Assembly: GCA_044360225.1 (NCBI GenBank)
Contig: JBIKKR010000002.1
Coordinates: forward strand, 1-59,822
Length of the DNA: 59,822 nucleotides
Reading direction: 5' to 3'
From: Bdellovibrionota bacterium
GTDB lineage: Bacteria > Bdellovibrionota_C > UBA2361 > OMII01
Below, piece after piece: positions 32,585 through 43,133 of this stretch (within the stretch, counting starts at the first letter, position 1; each line of letters opens with the position of its first letter). A program made the translations under genes and the position numbers. Below the pieces are notes generated by a model. It worked only from the letters and a program-made list of their open reading frames with translations. It was not told the origin of the DNA and did no database searches.

Positions 32585-34987
32585 TTATCGGCTAAAATCT
32601 AGCAGCCACAAAGCAGCGAGAAGCGCCGCCCCTGTTACGAGCGTAAATGGCAATCCAACACGCATGAAATCACGCGCTTTATACCCTCCGGCTCCCGTCA
32701 CTATTAAGTTTGACCGACAACTTGTTGGCAACATAAACGAGAGCGAACTGCCGAGCGTAACCGCAACGAGCAATCCCGTGGGTGAGCCTCCGCTGTACCT
32801 GGCAATCTCTAGCGCTAAAGGTCCCAAGAAGATTACACCAACTGAACTATCGATCGTCTGACTAATAATACTTCCAGCGATGAGAAAGCACACTGCAAGC
32901 ACAATCGGCGGCACACTCTCAGCGACCCCACGGGCGAGCGGAACCACTGCACTTGTGGCCGCGGCATGTTCCACCGCATGGCCAAGCGGGATCATAAGCG
33001 CCAAGAGGAACACAACCCGCCAATCAATTTCACGGTATACCTGCTCCATTGATATTGCGCCGGTAAACACCACCAGGCAGGCAGCGAAGAACGCGGCCTC
33101 ATGCGGAGGAATCCCTGCGGCTATCGGAGCGAACATAAGAAGCATGAGAGCCAGGATCGAATAGAACGATCTCAGCGACAGCTTCGGAGTCTGTCGATGT
33201 TCTGAGAGAAGCAAAAAATCGGGATCCTTGGCCAGAACCGGAAAGCTCTTACGCGGCCCCTGAACGAGGAGCGCATCCCCATAGAGCAGCGGTAGCGCAG
33301 ACGAGAGCGAAAGCATCGGCTTGCCATCACGCCACAATGCAAGTACCTGCGAGCCGTATTTCTCACGAAAGTGGAGATCTGCAAGGGTCTTTCCGATAAG
33401 TTCGGAACGTGGAGTGATAATGAGCTCTACTATCCCCACATCTGACGATTCGATCTCGGATGAGGCGGCCTCTCCTTCAAACGACAGCTCACTGAGCGCC
33501 TCTTTCCGGTGGGCCTCCTCTGGGGGACCACTCACAAGGTAACGCTCGCCGTGTCGCAACACGTGATCAGCAGTGAGTCGCGGCAAACTCTCCTCACCCG
33601 AGCTCTCGATTGTGGGCACATCGAACCATTCGATCGTTCCCTGCTGCGGAATACGGCCGAGGATTGAGAGTTTGGTGTCGTGAGCCAAACGGTGGAGCGG
33701 GGCTCCAGCCCACCCTCCTGCTTGAATCGATACGGTAAAGAGATTCCCTTTGAGCACCTCCGCTGGGTTCGGTACATCGCGCACGTCAAGGTCAACGAGT
33801 GGGGAGTCCTCTGTGTACTTCCCTGCGATACAACCAACTATCGTATCACCTTTGTGAACCATCGAGTCGAGAAACCAGCTCGGCGGTCTCGACTCCCATG
33901 CGTAATCGAGCGATGCTCGAGCGATAGAGAGAGGGACGATCCCAGTTGAACGTAACAGCTCGCGCAGAAGCACTACGTGTGTCTCTGTGTGCACCTCACG
34001 GATAGTACACTGCACAATCTGAAACCCAGCTTCGATCGACTTGAGGATTTCTGGTGCCGGATCCTCAATGGCTAACCCCTGCAACGCCTGCACCTGACTA
34101 CACCGCTCAGGGTTGCCGCGCACAAGCAACACATCTCGTGCGTGCAGCTTCTCTGAGGCCGTTGGTGAAAGTAGCTTACGACCACCACGAATAATGGTAA
34201 CAACCACTCCGCCGATGAACGAGCCGAACCGAAGTTCGCCCAGGGTTTTTCCATCTACATGTGAGTGCTCGGGAACACGCACTGAGAATATACGATCCTG
34301 AAGATGATAGAGAGCTCTCAGATCCGTAATACGCCGGGTAGTTCCGTGTGACTTGCGAATGGGAAGGAGCTTGTAGCCGATCGTCACCATGAACGCTATG
34401 CCCGCTACGATCGCCATCAGCGCATATGGGCTAAACTCAAAGAACGAAAGCTGCGGCAGACCCCTGTGACGAACGAGCTCAGCCGCTAAAATATTCGGTG
34501 GCGTGCCGATGACCGTGAGCATACCACCAAGCGTTACTCCAAACGCCAACGGAATAAAGAGCCGTGACGGCGCGATATTCACCTCGTGCGACAAGACAGC
34601 CACTGCGGGCATAAGCAACGTCGCTGCTGAGATGTTGTTCATGCACGACGATACCACCGCCGAAACCAACATAATAATGCCGATGGCGATCCGCTCATTT
34701 GAGCCTGCGTATCGCTGGATGTATCGGGCTATCGCATCGCTCACTCCGGTCACCCGAAGTGCTCCAGCCACAAAGAGGGTCGAGACCATCACCACAACAA
34801 CTGGCGAGGAAAATCCAGAAAAAGCCTCCGTAGCGCTCACAAAGCCGCCGAGGAGCAGAGTAACGACTACTGCCATGGCAGTCACATCAACGGGCACACG
34901 CTCGGAGATGAACATGATAATCATTACCACCACCACGCCGAGCAAGGCCCACGAGTGGAGAGCAGTAGAGAGTGTGCCTACATCCAT
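32585..34987 (-). CDS. SLC13/DASS-family permease with four central TrkA-C (RCK C-terminal) domains
   Basis: 800 aa. N- and C-terminal polytopic halves flank a ~380-aa soluble insert. The insert holds four repeats of the TrkA-C pattern, for example GKTLGELRF......VVTIIRGG and GKTLADLHFREKYGSQVLALWRDG. Confidence 0.75.
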   Translation of the reverse strand: MDVGTLSTALHSWALLGVVVVMIIMFISERVPVDVTAMAVVVTLLLGGFVSATEAFSGFSSPVVVVMVSTLFVAGALRVTGVSDAIARYIQRYAGSNERIAIGIIMLVSAVVSSCMNNISAATLLMPAVAVLSHEVNIAPSRLFIPLAFGVTLGGMLTVIGTPPNILAAELVRHRGLPQLSFFEFSPYALMAIVAGIAFMVTIGYKLLPIRKSHGTTRRITDLRALYHLQDRIFSVRVPEHSHVDGKTLGELRFGSFIGGVVVTIIRGGRKLLSPTASEKLHARDVLLVRGNPERCSQVQALQGLAIEDPAPEILKSIEAGFQIVQCTIREVHTETHVVLLRELLRSTGIVPLSIARASLDYAWESRPPSWFLDSMVHKGDTIVGCIAGKYTEDSPLVDLDVRDVPNPAEVLKGNLFTVSIQAGGWAGAPLHRLAHDTKLSILGRIPQQGTIEWFDVPTIESSGEESLPRLTADHVLRHGERYLVSGPPEEAHRKEALSELSFEGEAASSEIESSDVGIVELIITPRSELIGKTLADLHFREKYGSQVLALWRDGKPMLSLSSALPLLYGDALLVQGPRKSFPVLAKDPDFLLLSEHRQTPKLSLRSFYSILALMLLMFAPIAAGIPPHEAAFFAACLVVFTGAISMEQVYREIDWRVVFLLALMIPLGHAVEHAAATSAVVPLARGVAESVPPIVLAVCFLIAGSIISQTIDSSVGVIFLGPLALEIARYSGGSPTGLLVAVTLGSSLSFMLPTSCRSNLIVTGAGGYKARDFMRVGLPFTLVTGAALLAALWLLDFSR

Positions 34988-35005
34988 GCTGTTGTACGTA
35001 CGTTG

Positions 35006-36622
35006 CTAGCCAATTGAGTACCGCTGCGTAAAGAGGTCAGCTCCGGGCTCTACCCTCAGCCGTCCATTCGCCGCTAGGTGTTGTAGGATTCTGAAGATCG
35101 TCTCTGCTGATGCGGGCTCGTGTAGCTCATGGGCAATCTCGTCCACGGTCAGAGATCTGTTCCCCGACAACAGCAGCTCCACAACTCGGCCCTGCAGCTG
35201 CAACACCGCCGCAGCCGCCTTCTTTCCAGCCTCGACCCCAGGTTGGTGGTAAGCATTAACGTTAATCAAGGATGCGTACAGTCCAACAGCTCGCTCAAAG
35301 AGGGCGATCAGCATACCAACGTAGTACTCACTCACCTGAGGAATCGTTACCGTGATACTCTCACGACCCTTTTCAAAGAGCGCCTGACGCGTGCCAAGGT
35401 AAAAGCCAGTCAGGTAGTCACCGCTGGTTACTCCTGGTTCTACTTCAATCGCCTCCGGACGTAGCGCTGCCGCGTGCCCTGCTGCAACGGTACGGGGTGA
35501 GCGATCGCGCAAGACCTCGATAAATACGGCAAAAAAATTGTGCACTCCATCACGAAGCTGCTGCACGTAGGCGTGTTGATCGGTTGAACCTTTATTTCCG
35601 TACACCGCGATACCCTGGTTCACCGTAGCACCCGCCAAGTCGTGCTCCTTCCCGAGGCTCTCCATCACGAGCTGCTGCAGGTACCTACTAAAGAGCTCTA
35701 GTCGGTCGTTGTACGGAAGCACAACCATGTCCTTGCTGCCCTTACCACACCCACAGTGGTACCACGCCAGTGCCATAAGTGCTGCCGGGTTTGCGCCGAG
35801 CTCGCGAGACCTCGTCATCGCATCCATATCCGATGCTCCCTTGAGTACTGCGACGAGATCAAAACCTTGGAGCGCCATCGGCAGAAGGCCCACTGCGCTA
35901 CATTCGCTCGTTCTCCCTCCGACCCAGTCCCACATCGGGAAGCGCTCCAGCCACCCCTCTGCAACCGCTGTCGTATCGAGCTCACTACCCGCGCCCGTGA
36001 CTGCCACGAAGTGTTTGCGGTAATCGAGACCTGCCGCCTCGAATGCCCGTTTTGCTATCACTTGACCGTTACGGGTCTCTTTGGTGCCGCCAGACTTCGA
36101 GATAACCACCACCAAGGTTGACGCGAGATCTGTCGAGCCGAAAATCACCTTGCCCATACCATCGGGATCGGTGTTATCAAAAAACGTGATCGTCATCGGA
36201 TCCGTTGCCGATGAAAGCGCCTGGGATACGAACTGCGGACCAAGCGCAGATCCCCCGATTCCAACGATAAGGATGCGTCGAAATCGCTGTCCCGACTTGG
36301 GAGCTATCTCACCTGAGTGCACTTTGCTTGCAAACAATTGTATCTTGGCGATAGTCGAGGTAATCGCCTCACGGATCTCAGCTGACGGCGCACGCTCAGG
36401 CGAACGCAGCCAGTAGTGGCCAACCATTCGTTTCTCGTCGGGATTAGCGATTGACCCACGCTCCAGCTCCTCCATCGCGTCCCATGCCGCCTGCATACGC
36501 GGCGCAAGTCGCTCAAGATATGCACTATCATAGGTCAACCGACTCGTATCGAGCGCAAACCCACTAGCAGCATCGTACACCAATCGCTCTTTAAAAACGT
36601 CCCAGCGGTCTATTGTCGCCAT
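35006..36622 (-). CDS. pgi: Glucose-6-phosphate isomerase
   Basis: PGI motifs are present: [33 protein letters not shown] prefer the ATG at 36620-36622 (MATIDRW). The ORF is open to 36703. Confidence 0.85.
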   Translation of the reverse strand: MATIDRWDVFKERLVYDAASGFALDTSRLTYDSAYLERLAPRMQAAWDAMEELERGSIANPDEKRMVGHYWLRSPERAPSAEIREAITSTIAKIQLFASKVHSGEIAPKSGQRFRRILIVGIGGSALGPQFVSQALSSATDPMTITFFDNTDPDGMGKVIFGSTDLASTLVVVISKSGGTKETRNGQVIAKRAFEAAGLDYRKHFVAVTGAGSELDTTAVAEGWLERFPMWDWVGGRTSECSAVGLLPMALQGFDLVAVLKGASDMDAMTRSRELGANPAALMALAWYHCGCGKGSKDMVVLPYNDRLELFSRYLQQLVMESLGKEHDLAGATVNQGIAVYGNKGSTDQHAYVQQLRDGVHNFFAVFIEVLRDRSPRTVAAGHAAALRPEAIEVEPGVTSGDYLTGFYLGTRQALFEKGRESITVTIPQVSEYYVGMLIALFERAVGLYASLINVNAYHQPGVEAGKKAAAAVLQLQGRVVELLLSGNRSLTVDEIAHELHEPASAETIFRILQHLAANGRLRVEPGADLFTQRYSIG

Positions 36623-37058
36623 GCACACTCTCCCTAACAGATCTCCTCTCCTCAGGAGGATTCCGTAACTATTAACCACGTTTAGCTTAATCGCAATCGC
36701 CACCGATCGGCTTAGGCATGTCTCTACCCACCACCCCCTAGCCCCTGCTCTGTGACCGGAGCCATGGACTTTCCAGATGACTCAGGTACGAATTAGTAGA
36801 GGGAGGCTGTGAATCAGCGAGGGGTTAGTGGGGCACTGCTCCTACTGCCTACCATGAGAGCGAGCGTACCATGAGAGCGCTCCGAAAGGATTATCCGAAA
36901 GGCTGGACTAATTACAATAAGATCAGTACATTAAGCCGTCTGATGCTCTCGGGCCCGCTATGCGGTATACTAGAGGGATGGGTTGGTAAGCGCACATCAC
37001 ATGCCTCTGCTGCCATAACTCGGAGTGGCGCTAGGCAATCTCTGCGGGCGGCAGCTGT

Positions 37059-37742
37059 ATGAGTGGTAGATACGCCTCCTTCGCCGGTGACAGGATAGTA
37101 CTGATGTTGAAAGAGAACTTAGTATTTCTTCGCGAATTTCTTCTTGAGTTTAAGACAACGGGTGCCTGCTTTCCCACCTCCAAGTGGGCAGCACACGCGC
37201 TGATCACGCCACTGCGTCAATCAAACCGGGCTCACAAGCGAATTCTTGAGCTAGGACCAGGCACAGGCTCTGTGACGATACCTCTGATTCGAGAGATGCA
37301 GCCGGGCGACCACCTCACGATATGTGAGATTAATCCCCGCTTTATGAAGGCTCTTAAAGAGACCCTTGAGCGAGAGCCAGCTTTCCAAAAAAAGAGGCAC
37401 CAGGTCGAGTTCTTCGAAGGTGCTGCTCAAGACATCCCGGTTGGTGCGCCGTATGACATCATCGTCTGTGCGCTCCCATTTGTAAATTTTGATCTGACAA
37501 CGGTGGAGGAGATCTTCGCTAAACTTCGACTGATCAGCACTCCCGATACCCTCATGACGTACTACGAGTACATCGGCGCACGTCGGCTCAATCAGACCCT
37601 TGGTGCTCAATCACGCAAAGACCGGATGCGCCAGGTAGACGAATTCCTTCGCGAGTCAGGCGGCCTACGTGGAATCGATAGAAAGCAGGTGTGGCTTAAC
37701 CTCTTTCCGATCCATGTGTACACCGTCAAACCAGCGGCGTAA
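37059..37742 (+). CDS. Class I SAM-dependent methyltransferase, phospholipid N-methyltransferase-like (COG3963-type)
   Basis: The N-terminal pattern FLREFLLEFKTTGACFPTSKWAA and SAM motif I, ILELGPGTGSVT, are present. An alternative ATG lies at 37104. Confidence 0.6.
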   Translation: MSGRYASFAGDRIVLMLKENLVFLREFLLEFKTTGACFPTSKWAAHALITPLRQSNRAHKRILELGPGTGSVTIPLIREMQPGDHLTICEINPRFMKALKETLEREPAFQKKRHQVEFFEGAAQDIPVGAPYDIIVCALPFVNFDLTTVEEIFAKLRLISTPDTLMTYYEYIGARRLNQTLGAQSRKDRMRQVDEFLRESGGLRGIDRKQVWLNLFPIHVYTVKPAA

Positions 37743-37825
37743 TCCACTCCGCTTACTAATGTTCCACCGGCATGCCGGAGACTGCAAAATGAGTATTCTT
37801 TTTTTGCCCGCCTCCGCGGGCTGTC

Positions 37826-37874
37826 ACTAATCTTCCACGTGGCCGTTTGTCTGGTATCCAAGTGGAAGATTAGT
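37826..37874. repeat. 13-bp perfect-stem hairpin in convergent intergenic region (terminator-like)
   Basis: ACTAATCTTCCAC (37826-38) pairs with GTGGAAGATTAGT (37862-74). The right arm overlaps the TAA stop of the lyase-fold gene. No U-tract follows on either strand. Confidence 0.5.
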
Positions 37875-40770
37875 AAAACAGCGCTAACGCCACATCTAAC
37901 TCCTCTTCAGTAATTGGATCGAGCAGGATGGTTATCGCGCGCTGAACTACCGAGTACGTCGGCCACGTCCCGACCTTGTCGCGGATCTTGAGCGTTCGCG
38001 CTTTTACTCCCGATACGATTCGCGCATCATCACTGTTGCGAGAGAGAGGGCGCGTACCTGCTTGAGCAAGAACGCGGGTATAAGCCTCTGAAGCTGACGT
38101 TGGCTCTGGACCAGTAAATATTCGCGCAAGCGCTCGGTACTTCGATTCAACGTTCGATATCTTTGGTGCGATAGTATCCTTGATGAAGATACGCGATCCA
38201 CTCGGAGTGTTCTCTGAGTAAATGGCGTACGCCGAGCTCAGACCACCTGGACCTGCTCGATAGACGTTTCCTAGTATATCTAAGTACGTGCCGATATCCT
38301 TATTCTCTAGGTCTGAGAGGTTGGTCGTATTCCACGATGTAGTTCCGCCCCAACCATAAACAACGTTATTGATCATCTCTCCGCGGGTGTCGTATTTCCA
38401 CCGAATATTCCGATCGTAGTTAGCCGCGAGCAAGCTATCGACAAACACCACGTTACGCGCCCCTTCACCGATCAGCACCCCGTTGCCACGCGGTCCTGAC
38501 GGATGAATCGAACGGTACAACGCCTCAGCGATAATTGTATTGCGAACGGTAACGTCACGTACAGAGCCTACCGTTGTGAGGTTCCCATCGACTCCCCACG
38601 ACAATGAGAGGTTATTTAAGCGCACATGTGATGCTGCGAGACCACGAATAGTAATGGCTCTGCGATCGGCAGGCCTCGTACCACTTGATTCATCTCCAGG
38701 CCGAATGGCAAGGTGATCAAGTCGCACATTCGCAGCCTGAATCGTAAATCCACCGTTGGTGATCAGAATCCCCGGCAGGGGCGCGGTTTGTCCAACCACG
38801 ATAAGATCCGGCGAGGATACCACCAGGTCAGACGCCAATCGGATCCTACCAGATATCTCAAAGACGCATACACGCGGAAATGTCTGTGCTACACACTCCC
38901 GCAACGTACCTACACCACTATCTGAGAGCGATGTCACCTTGAGCATCTTGTGACGTGTTGCACCAATGGGTGTAGGCGTTGCGTTTGGTGTTGGAGTGCT
39001 CGGTGCGACCGTCGGGATCGTCGTTGGACCCGGCGTAAAAGTCATGGTCGGTGTCGGTGTTACTGTTGCTGTCGGCGTGTTTGTTGGCACACCAGGAGTC
39101 CATGTTGGTGAAGGTGTATGAGTTGCCGTTGGCGTCCGCGTCGGAGTTGCCGTTGCAGGAACGGTCGTTGGTGACGGTGTCGGCGTTTGAGTTGGAGTGC
39201 TGACTCCACTGGCACCACCATCACTCGCAAACGAGAAGATGTAGTTCTCAAGATTGGTATAGCCATTCGATGCAATAGCCATCGGATTGGTTGGGATCGT
39301 AAATGTACGGGTAACCGTTGGTATGACCGACCAGGCATCCTTAGGATTATCGGTGTCTTTTATCGATCCATCGATCAGAATCCTTCCGGGGGTAGGACAG
39401 AAACCAGTGCCGCCCGTGTTTGTCTCGCAACACGTCTCGGTAGTTGTGCAATCTTTGTGTGAACCGGTATTGCTGAGGACCTCGTTGACGATACGCGCAT
39501 CGTGAGGATAGCGATTCCATGGGCGAGCACCCACCTCTGGCGAGAGGCTCATAAGGAGTCCCTCTGGCGTAATCAACTCATTGGCTGCATTTGAGAGGGG
39601 AAAGGCCGGCGATGTGGCCTGCATCGAGCTCGGCAAGCCTTTGCCGTTTGCGTTCGCTATCAGCCACTCGCTCCCGGAATCGGCGGGTCGGGTGTTTGTA
39701 CCTATGTTGTGCGACACATACACTCGCGATGCAAGTGGGGTAAGGCTGCTAAAGTAAAATACGGGAGAGGTCGTATCAGCCGTGGTTGGTCCGCGTTGAT
39801 ACACGTTATGCATGAAATTGATGCGATTTGCAGATCCGTCGGAGCTGTAGTCCATATTCCATTGGTTGTATCCAGAGGTAGAGGTGTTAGCGAAATTGTA
39901 GACGTAGTTGTTTAAGAACTCGATATCAGAATTTGATTTCATCCGGATGTGGCGGCCGTTTGAGTTCGCCACAAGGTTCCGATAGTAGGTAAAGTTTTTG
40001 CAGTTCGACCCAAGTAGCGAGAACATGGAGTGTTTACCCTCGGTATCACCATGGTTTGAGTTGTTGAGCCCCTCCGCGACGAGCGAATTCGATATCGTGA
40101 CGTTGCGAATCGGCGTTGTACCATCCGGTGTGCTGTTCACACCGGTGTACGTTGAGAAGGACTCATCCATGCCCCACGTAATCGATACGTGATCGAAGAC
40201 GACTCGCTCGACCGGATCAGAGGAACTCACACCCCACACCCCCATTCCGTCTCGCTCACTCGCTTTAAGACCACTACCACCATCAGTAGGAAGATTACGG
40301 TCGCCTGGGCGCGATGCGATATGCTGAATCAGTACGTCGTCAGCCTGCACAACGATACTTCCATCACGCACCTGCACGCCCGGATACGGAGCTGTCTGTC
40401 CAAAAACTGAGAGGTTTGGACTTTTAACCACTATCTTCGTAGCCAGATTGATATACCCAGCCACCTCAAAGACACACGTGCGCGGTCCGCTTGCTGTCAT
40501 ACAGGCACGAAGCGAGCCGGTACCAGTGTCATTCAGGTTAGTGACCTTAATGATCGATGTGTTTGCTGGGGTCGTGCCACGTCCCGAGCCGGCAACCGTA
40601 TTGGTGCCAAAACCAGCAGCACCCGGAAAGACCGGTATACTTGCGGTCTGACCATATGCTACGGAGATCCTTGACGTGGTGAACCCAGAAAAGGCTACAA
40701 CCAAGGAGAGAACACCATAGAAAAAGCTCGCTCGAGGAAGCAAAGAACCTATACGACGAAAAGGCCTCAT
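37870..40770 (-). CDS. Secreted protein with two pectate-lyase-fold (right-handed beta-helix, PL1-like) domains joined by a Thr/Pro-rich linker
   Basis: I prefer the ATG at 40768-40770, followed by a signal peptide ([11 protein letters not shown]...VAYGQ). Domain 1 reads [39 protein letters not shown]. Domain 2 reads [39 protein letters not shown]. The linker is [32 protein letters not shown]... Confidence 0.7.
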   Translation of the reverse strand: MRPFRRIGSLLPRASFFYGVLSLVVAFSGFTTSRISVAYGQTASIPVFPGAAGFGTNTVAGSGRGTTPANTSIIKVTNLNDTGTGSLRACMTASGPRTCVFEVAGYINLATKIVVKSPNLSVFGQTAPYPGVQVRDGSIVVQADDVLIQHIASRPGDRNLPTDGGSGLKASERDGMGVWGVSSSDPVERVVFDHVSITWGMDESFSTYTGVNSTPDGTTPIRNVTISNSLVAEGLNNSNHGDTEGKHSMFSLLGSNCKNFTYYRNLVANSNGRHIRMKSNSDIEFLNNYVYNFANTSTSGYNQWNMDYSSDGSANRINFMHNVYQRGPTTADTTSPVFYFSSLTPLASRVYVSHNIGTNTRPADSGSEWLIANANGKGLPSSMQATSPAFPLSNAANELITPEGLLMSLSPEVGARPWNRYPHDARIVNEVLSNTGSHKDCTTTETCCETNTGGTGFCPTPGRILIDGSIKDTDNPKDAWSVIPTVTRTFTIPTNPMAIASNGYTNLENYIFSFASDGGASGVSTPTQTPTPSPTTVPATATPTRTPTATHTPSPTWTPGVPTNTPTATVTPTPTMTFTPGPTTIPTVAPSTPTPNATPTPIGATRHKMLKVTSLSDSGVGTLRECVAQTFPRVCVFEISGRIRLASDLVVSSPDLIVVGQTAPLPGILITNGGFTIQAANVRLDHLAIRPGDESSGTRPADRRAITIRGLAASHVRLNNLSLSWGVDGNLTTVGSVRDVTVRNTIIAEALYRSIHPSGPRGNGVLIGEGARNVVFVDSLLAANYDRNIRWKYDTRGEMINNVVYGWGGTTSWNTTNLSDLENKDIGTYLDILGNVYRAGPGGLSSAYAIYSENTPSGSRIFIKDTIAPKISNVESKYRALARIFTGPEPTSASEAYTRVLAQAGTRPLSRNSDDARIVSGVKARTLKIRDKVGTWPTYSVVQRAITILLDPITEEELDVALALFY

Positions 40771-41034
40771 ACGTTGTGCTCCATAACTACTGCAAACATC
40801 ACGCAGTCGCCGTCGCACACCGTTCGGCCTCCCCCTTGAGCGTAGCAAAGGCCTCAAGGAGCAGCAAAGTGCACCCTGCGCCCAAAGAGAGCGCAGGACA
40901 CTGTAAAACCTTACGAGCAACTGGACGACTCTGTACCCGTATCCCAGCTCTGAACGAAGTGAGCCTTAACGGATCGTCCGCCCTGCATTCCACTCTCTTC
41001 CCGCGAATCAGATCAGGTTGAGAGTAGTGCAAAG

Positions 41035-41098
41035 CTAGAAAGTGCGGATGGTATCGGGACTCGATAGCTACAAGCACTTCCTACTTAGAAAGTACGGA
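41035..41098. promoter_or_regulatory. Pair of 14-bp direct repeats in divergent promoter region (possible operator)
   Basis: TAGAAAGTGCGGAT (41035-48) and TAGAAAGTACGGAT (41085-98) match at 13/14 and are spaced 50 bp apart. They lie 265-330 bp upstream of the lyase-fold gene start. Confidence 0.25.
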
Positions 41099-41303
41099 TA
41101 CAAGTTGACGAGTGCCACCACCTTTTTAAAAATTGCGCTCTGTGATCGGCATTCTACACTACCACTCTCATCTCACTGATTCATGCTCAGCGTCATATCA
41201 ACCAGTTGTTTTTTCTTGAGCTCGGTTTGGAAGACGAGCAACTATCTGTGAGCACAAATTGTTTTTTTAGAAGAGAGTTTGAATCTCGCGGACTCAAGTA
41301 ATC

Positions 41304-41440
41304 TATAAACCCTGCGTGAGCGCTTTTTGAAAAAAATCACTCGCAATAGCTGGGTGAGCGCAGTCTTGGCGGAGCCACATTGCGCGGTAAAAGACAAAAA
41401 AACACTCTGGCTGCAGAAAGGGGCTATCTAGACGTTGAGA
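41304..41440 (+). repeat. Family-3 repeat, full copy
   Basis: TATAAACCCTGCGTGAGCGCTTTTTGAAAAAAATCACTCGCAATAGCTGGGTGAGCGCAGTCTTGGCGG...GGGGCTATCTAGACG is the inverse of 26245-26386. Confidence 0.8.
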
Positions 41441-41681
41441 AACGTAAGACTATTGATGTGTGAGTCGATTGTTAACCAAGCAGGAACGCAAATCACTGGA
41501 GCAAGAGCTACGGCTTCCAGCGCTATGCGCTCTTCTCAGTCCGAACATAGGAGTTTGTTGTCTTCTGCGGCGCAACTTGACTCCGTCAAAAGTGCGCTCG
41601 CCCAGCTAATTTCATTCATTGTTCAAACATGAATAACGTTGAGTATAGTATAAGCTTGACTTCCCTCAGGAATGATTATCG

Positions 41682-43121
41682 ATGCTCTCCCTCACTCCTA
41701 CTGCTGCTCCTGCAACCATACGTCGTTGGATGATTGGTTTTGTTATCCTCGGCTCGATTCTTCGGATTGCCTCAGCCTTTGGCGAGTTGTGGCTTGATGA
41801 GATGTGGTCGCTGGTACTTATCTCGACGGCATCCTCCCCCTTGGATTTGGTATACAAGGTGCGACACGACAACAACCACCTGCTCAATAGCCTGTGGATG
41901 TGGAGTCTCCCCTTCTCTTCCCCAAGCTGGCTATATCGCCTGCCAGCGGTCGCTAGCAGCATCGCGCTCTTGATGTTTGTGAACCACGCCTCAACACTCG
42001 TGCAGGACGCAAAAGTGAGAGCAGTATGGTGTCTCTTCTGCGCCTCATCGTTTCCCCTCGTACTTCTCGGCTCAGAGGCTCGGGGCTACGCTCTCGCCAT
42101 CCTGTGCTCGGTAGCGTGCGTCGAATATGCGCTTCGAATCCCCAGGGATCCACACAATCCGAGACCGGCGATCATCTTTGCCATTGCAGCCACTGTTGGT
42201 TGCTTTACCCACGCCATCTTCGCGATTCCCCTAGGCGTAGCGATTGTCTTGCTCGTGCTCACTCGGTCCGATGGCCCCGAAGCCACCTCCGCTTCAAACC
42301 TGTGGATCGCTCTTGGTCCTCCGCTCGTAGTAGGAGCAGCACTCTCACTGATGTTTTACTGCAAACTCGCGATCGGCGGAGGTCCTGAGTTGCCCTTCGC
42401 GGAAGTAGCGATCACCACACTGCGGTTAGCTTTTGGACTCCCCGAAAGAGCGTCAGACCATGCAATCTTCACCGATGTTGAATCACTCATTGCTACAGGA
42501 GCCTGCATCATTTCGATATGTGGAATCCGTTCGTGGATTCGCAGCTATCCACAACAGGGGCTCGTTATCAGCGTAATCCTGTGCGCCCCTGTGTTGTTGG
42601 TACTAATCGCCCAGCCCCAATTTATTATGGGTCGATACGTGGCAATTCAGATAGCGTTTCTCTATCTCGTCACTGCGCACGCCCTCGTTACTCTCTCTGC
42701 GAGGGGCTCGGCGGGACGGATGTGTGCAGCATCACTGATTGTACTTTTTGTTTTTGGAAGTCTTCGACTCGATCTAGGCCTTATCCGTGACAAGCGATCT
42801 CACTTTGTGGAGACGATCCAAAATATTCAGAGCACATCCGAATCAGAGCTTATCACGCTCGGAGGAGACCAAGACTATCAGAATGAATTGCGATGTAGGT
42901 ACGTCAAACTCCATCAATCTCCTCACTCATGCCCAACGTACGTACGTAACTACATCAACGCCTCGGAGGGACCGAACTTTATCTTGCGTGAAACGCTCCC
43001 TGGCATGAGCCGTCTTCCAGGTGAACTGTCGTTACAGTCAGGTGCGACGTACTCCCTCATTGCGGTACGACCCGCACCTCCATGGAGCGGTGCCACAACG
43101 TACCTTTATCAGCGACACTAG
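41682..43121 (+). CDS. Integral-membrane GT-C glycosyltransferase (ArnT/PMT-like)
   Basis: 479 aa with about 10 predicted TM helices. A first-loop acidic motif, GELWLDEMWS, is typical of GT39/GT83-type enzymes. Confidence 0.55.
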   Translation: MLSLTPTAAPATIRRWMIGFVILGSILRIASAFGELWLDEMWSLVLISTASSPLDLVYKVRHDNNHLLNSLWMWSLPFSSPSWLYRLPAVASSIALLMFVNHASTLVQDAKVRAVWCLFCASSFPLVLLGSEARGYALAILCSVACVEYALRIPRDPHNPRPAIIFAIAATVGCFTHAIFAIPLGVAIVLLVLTRSDGPEATSASNLWIALGPPLVVGAALSLMFYCKLAIGGGPELPFAEVAITTLRLAFGLPERASDHAIFTDVESLIATGACIISICGIRSWIRSYPQQGLVISVILCAPVLLVLIAQPQFIMGRYVAIQIAFLYLVTAHALVTLSARGSAGRMCAASLIVLFVFGSLRLDLGLIRDKRSHFVETIQNIQSTSESELITLGGDQDYQNELRCRYVKLHQSPHSCPTYVRNYINASEGPNFILRETLPGMSRLPGELSLQSGATYSLIAVRPAPPWSGATTYLYQRH

Positions 43122-43133
43122 GATCCAAACGGA

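Noticed and set aside
36850-36925. Short tandem duplications in the pgi / methyltransferase divergent region (TACCATGAGAGCG twice, CCGAAAGG twice)
   Set aside because: They are very short and occur at a single locus with no recognisable operator symmetry. They are probably slippage duplications.
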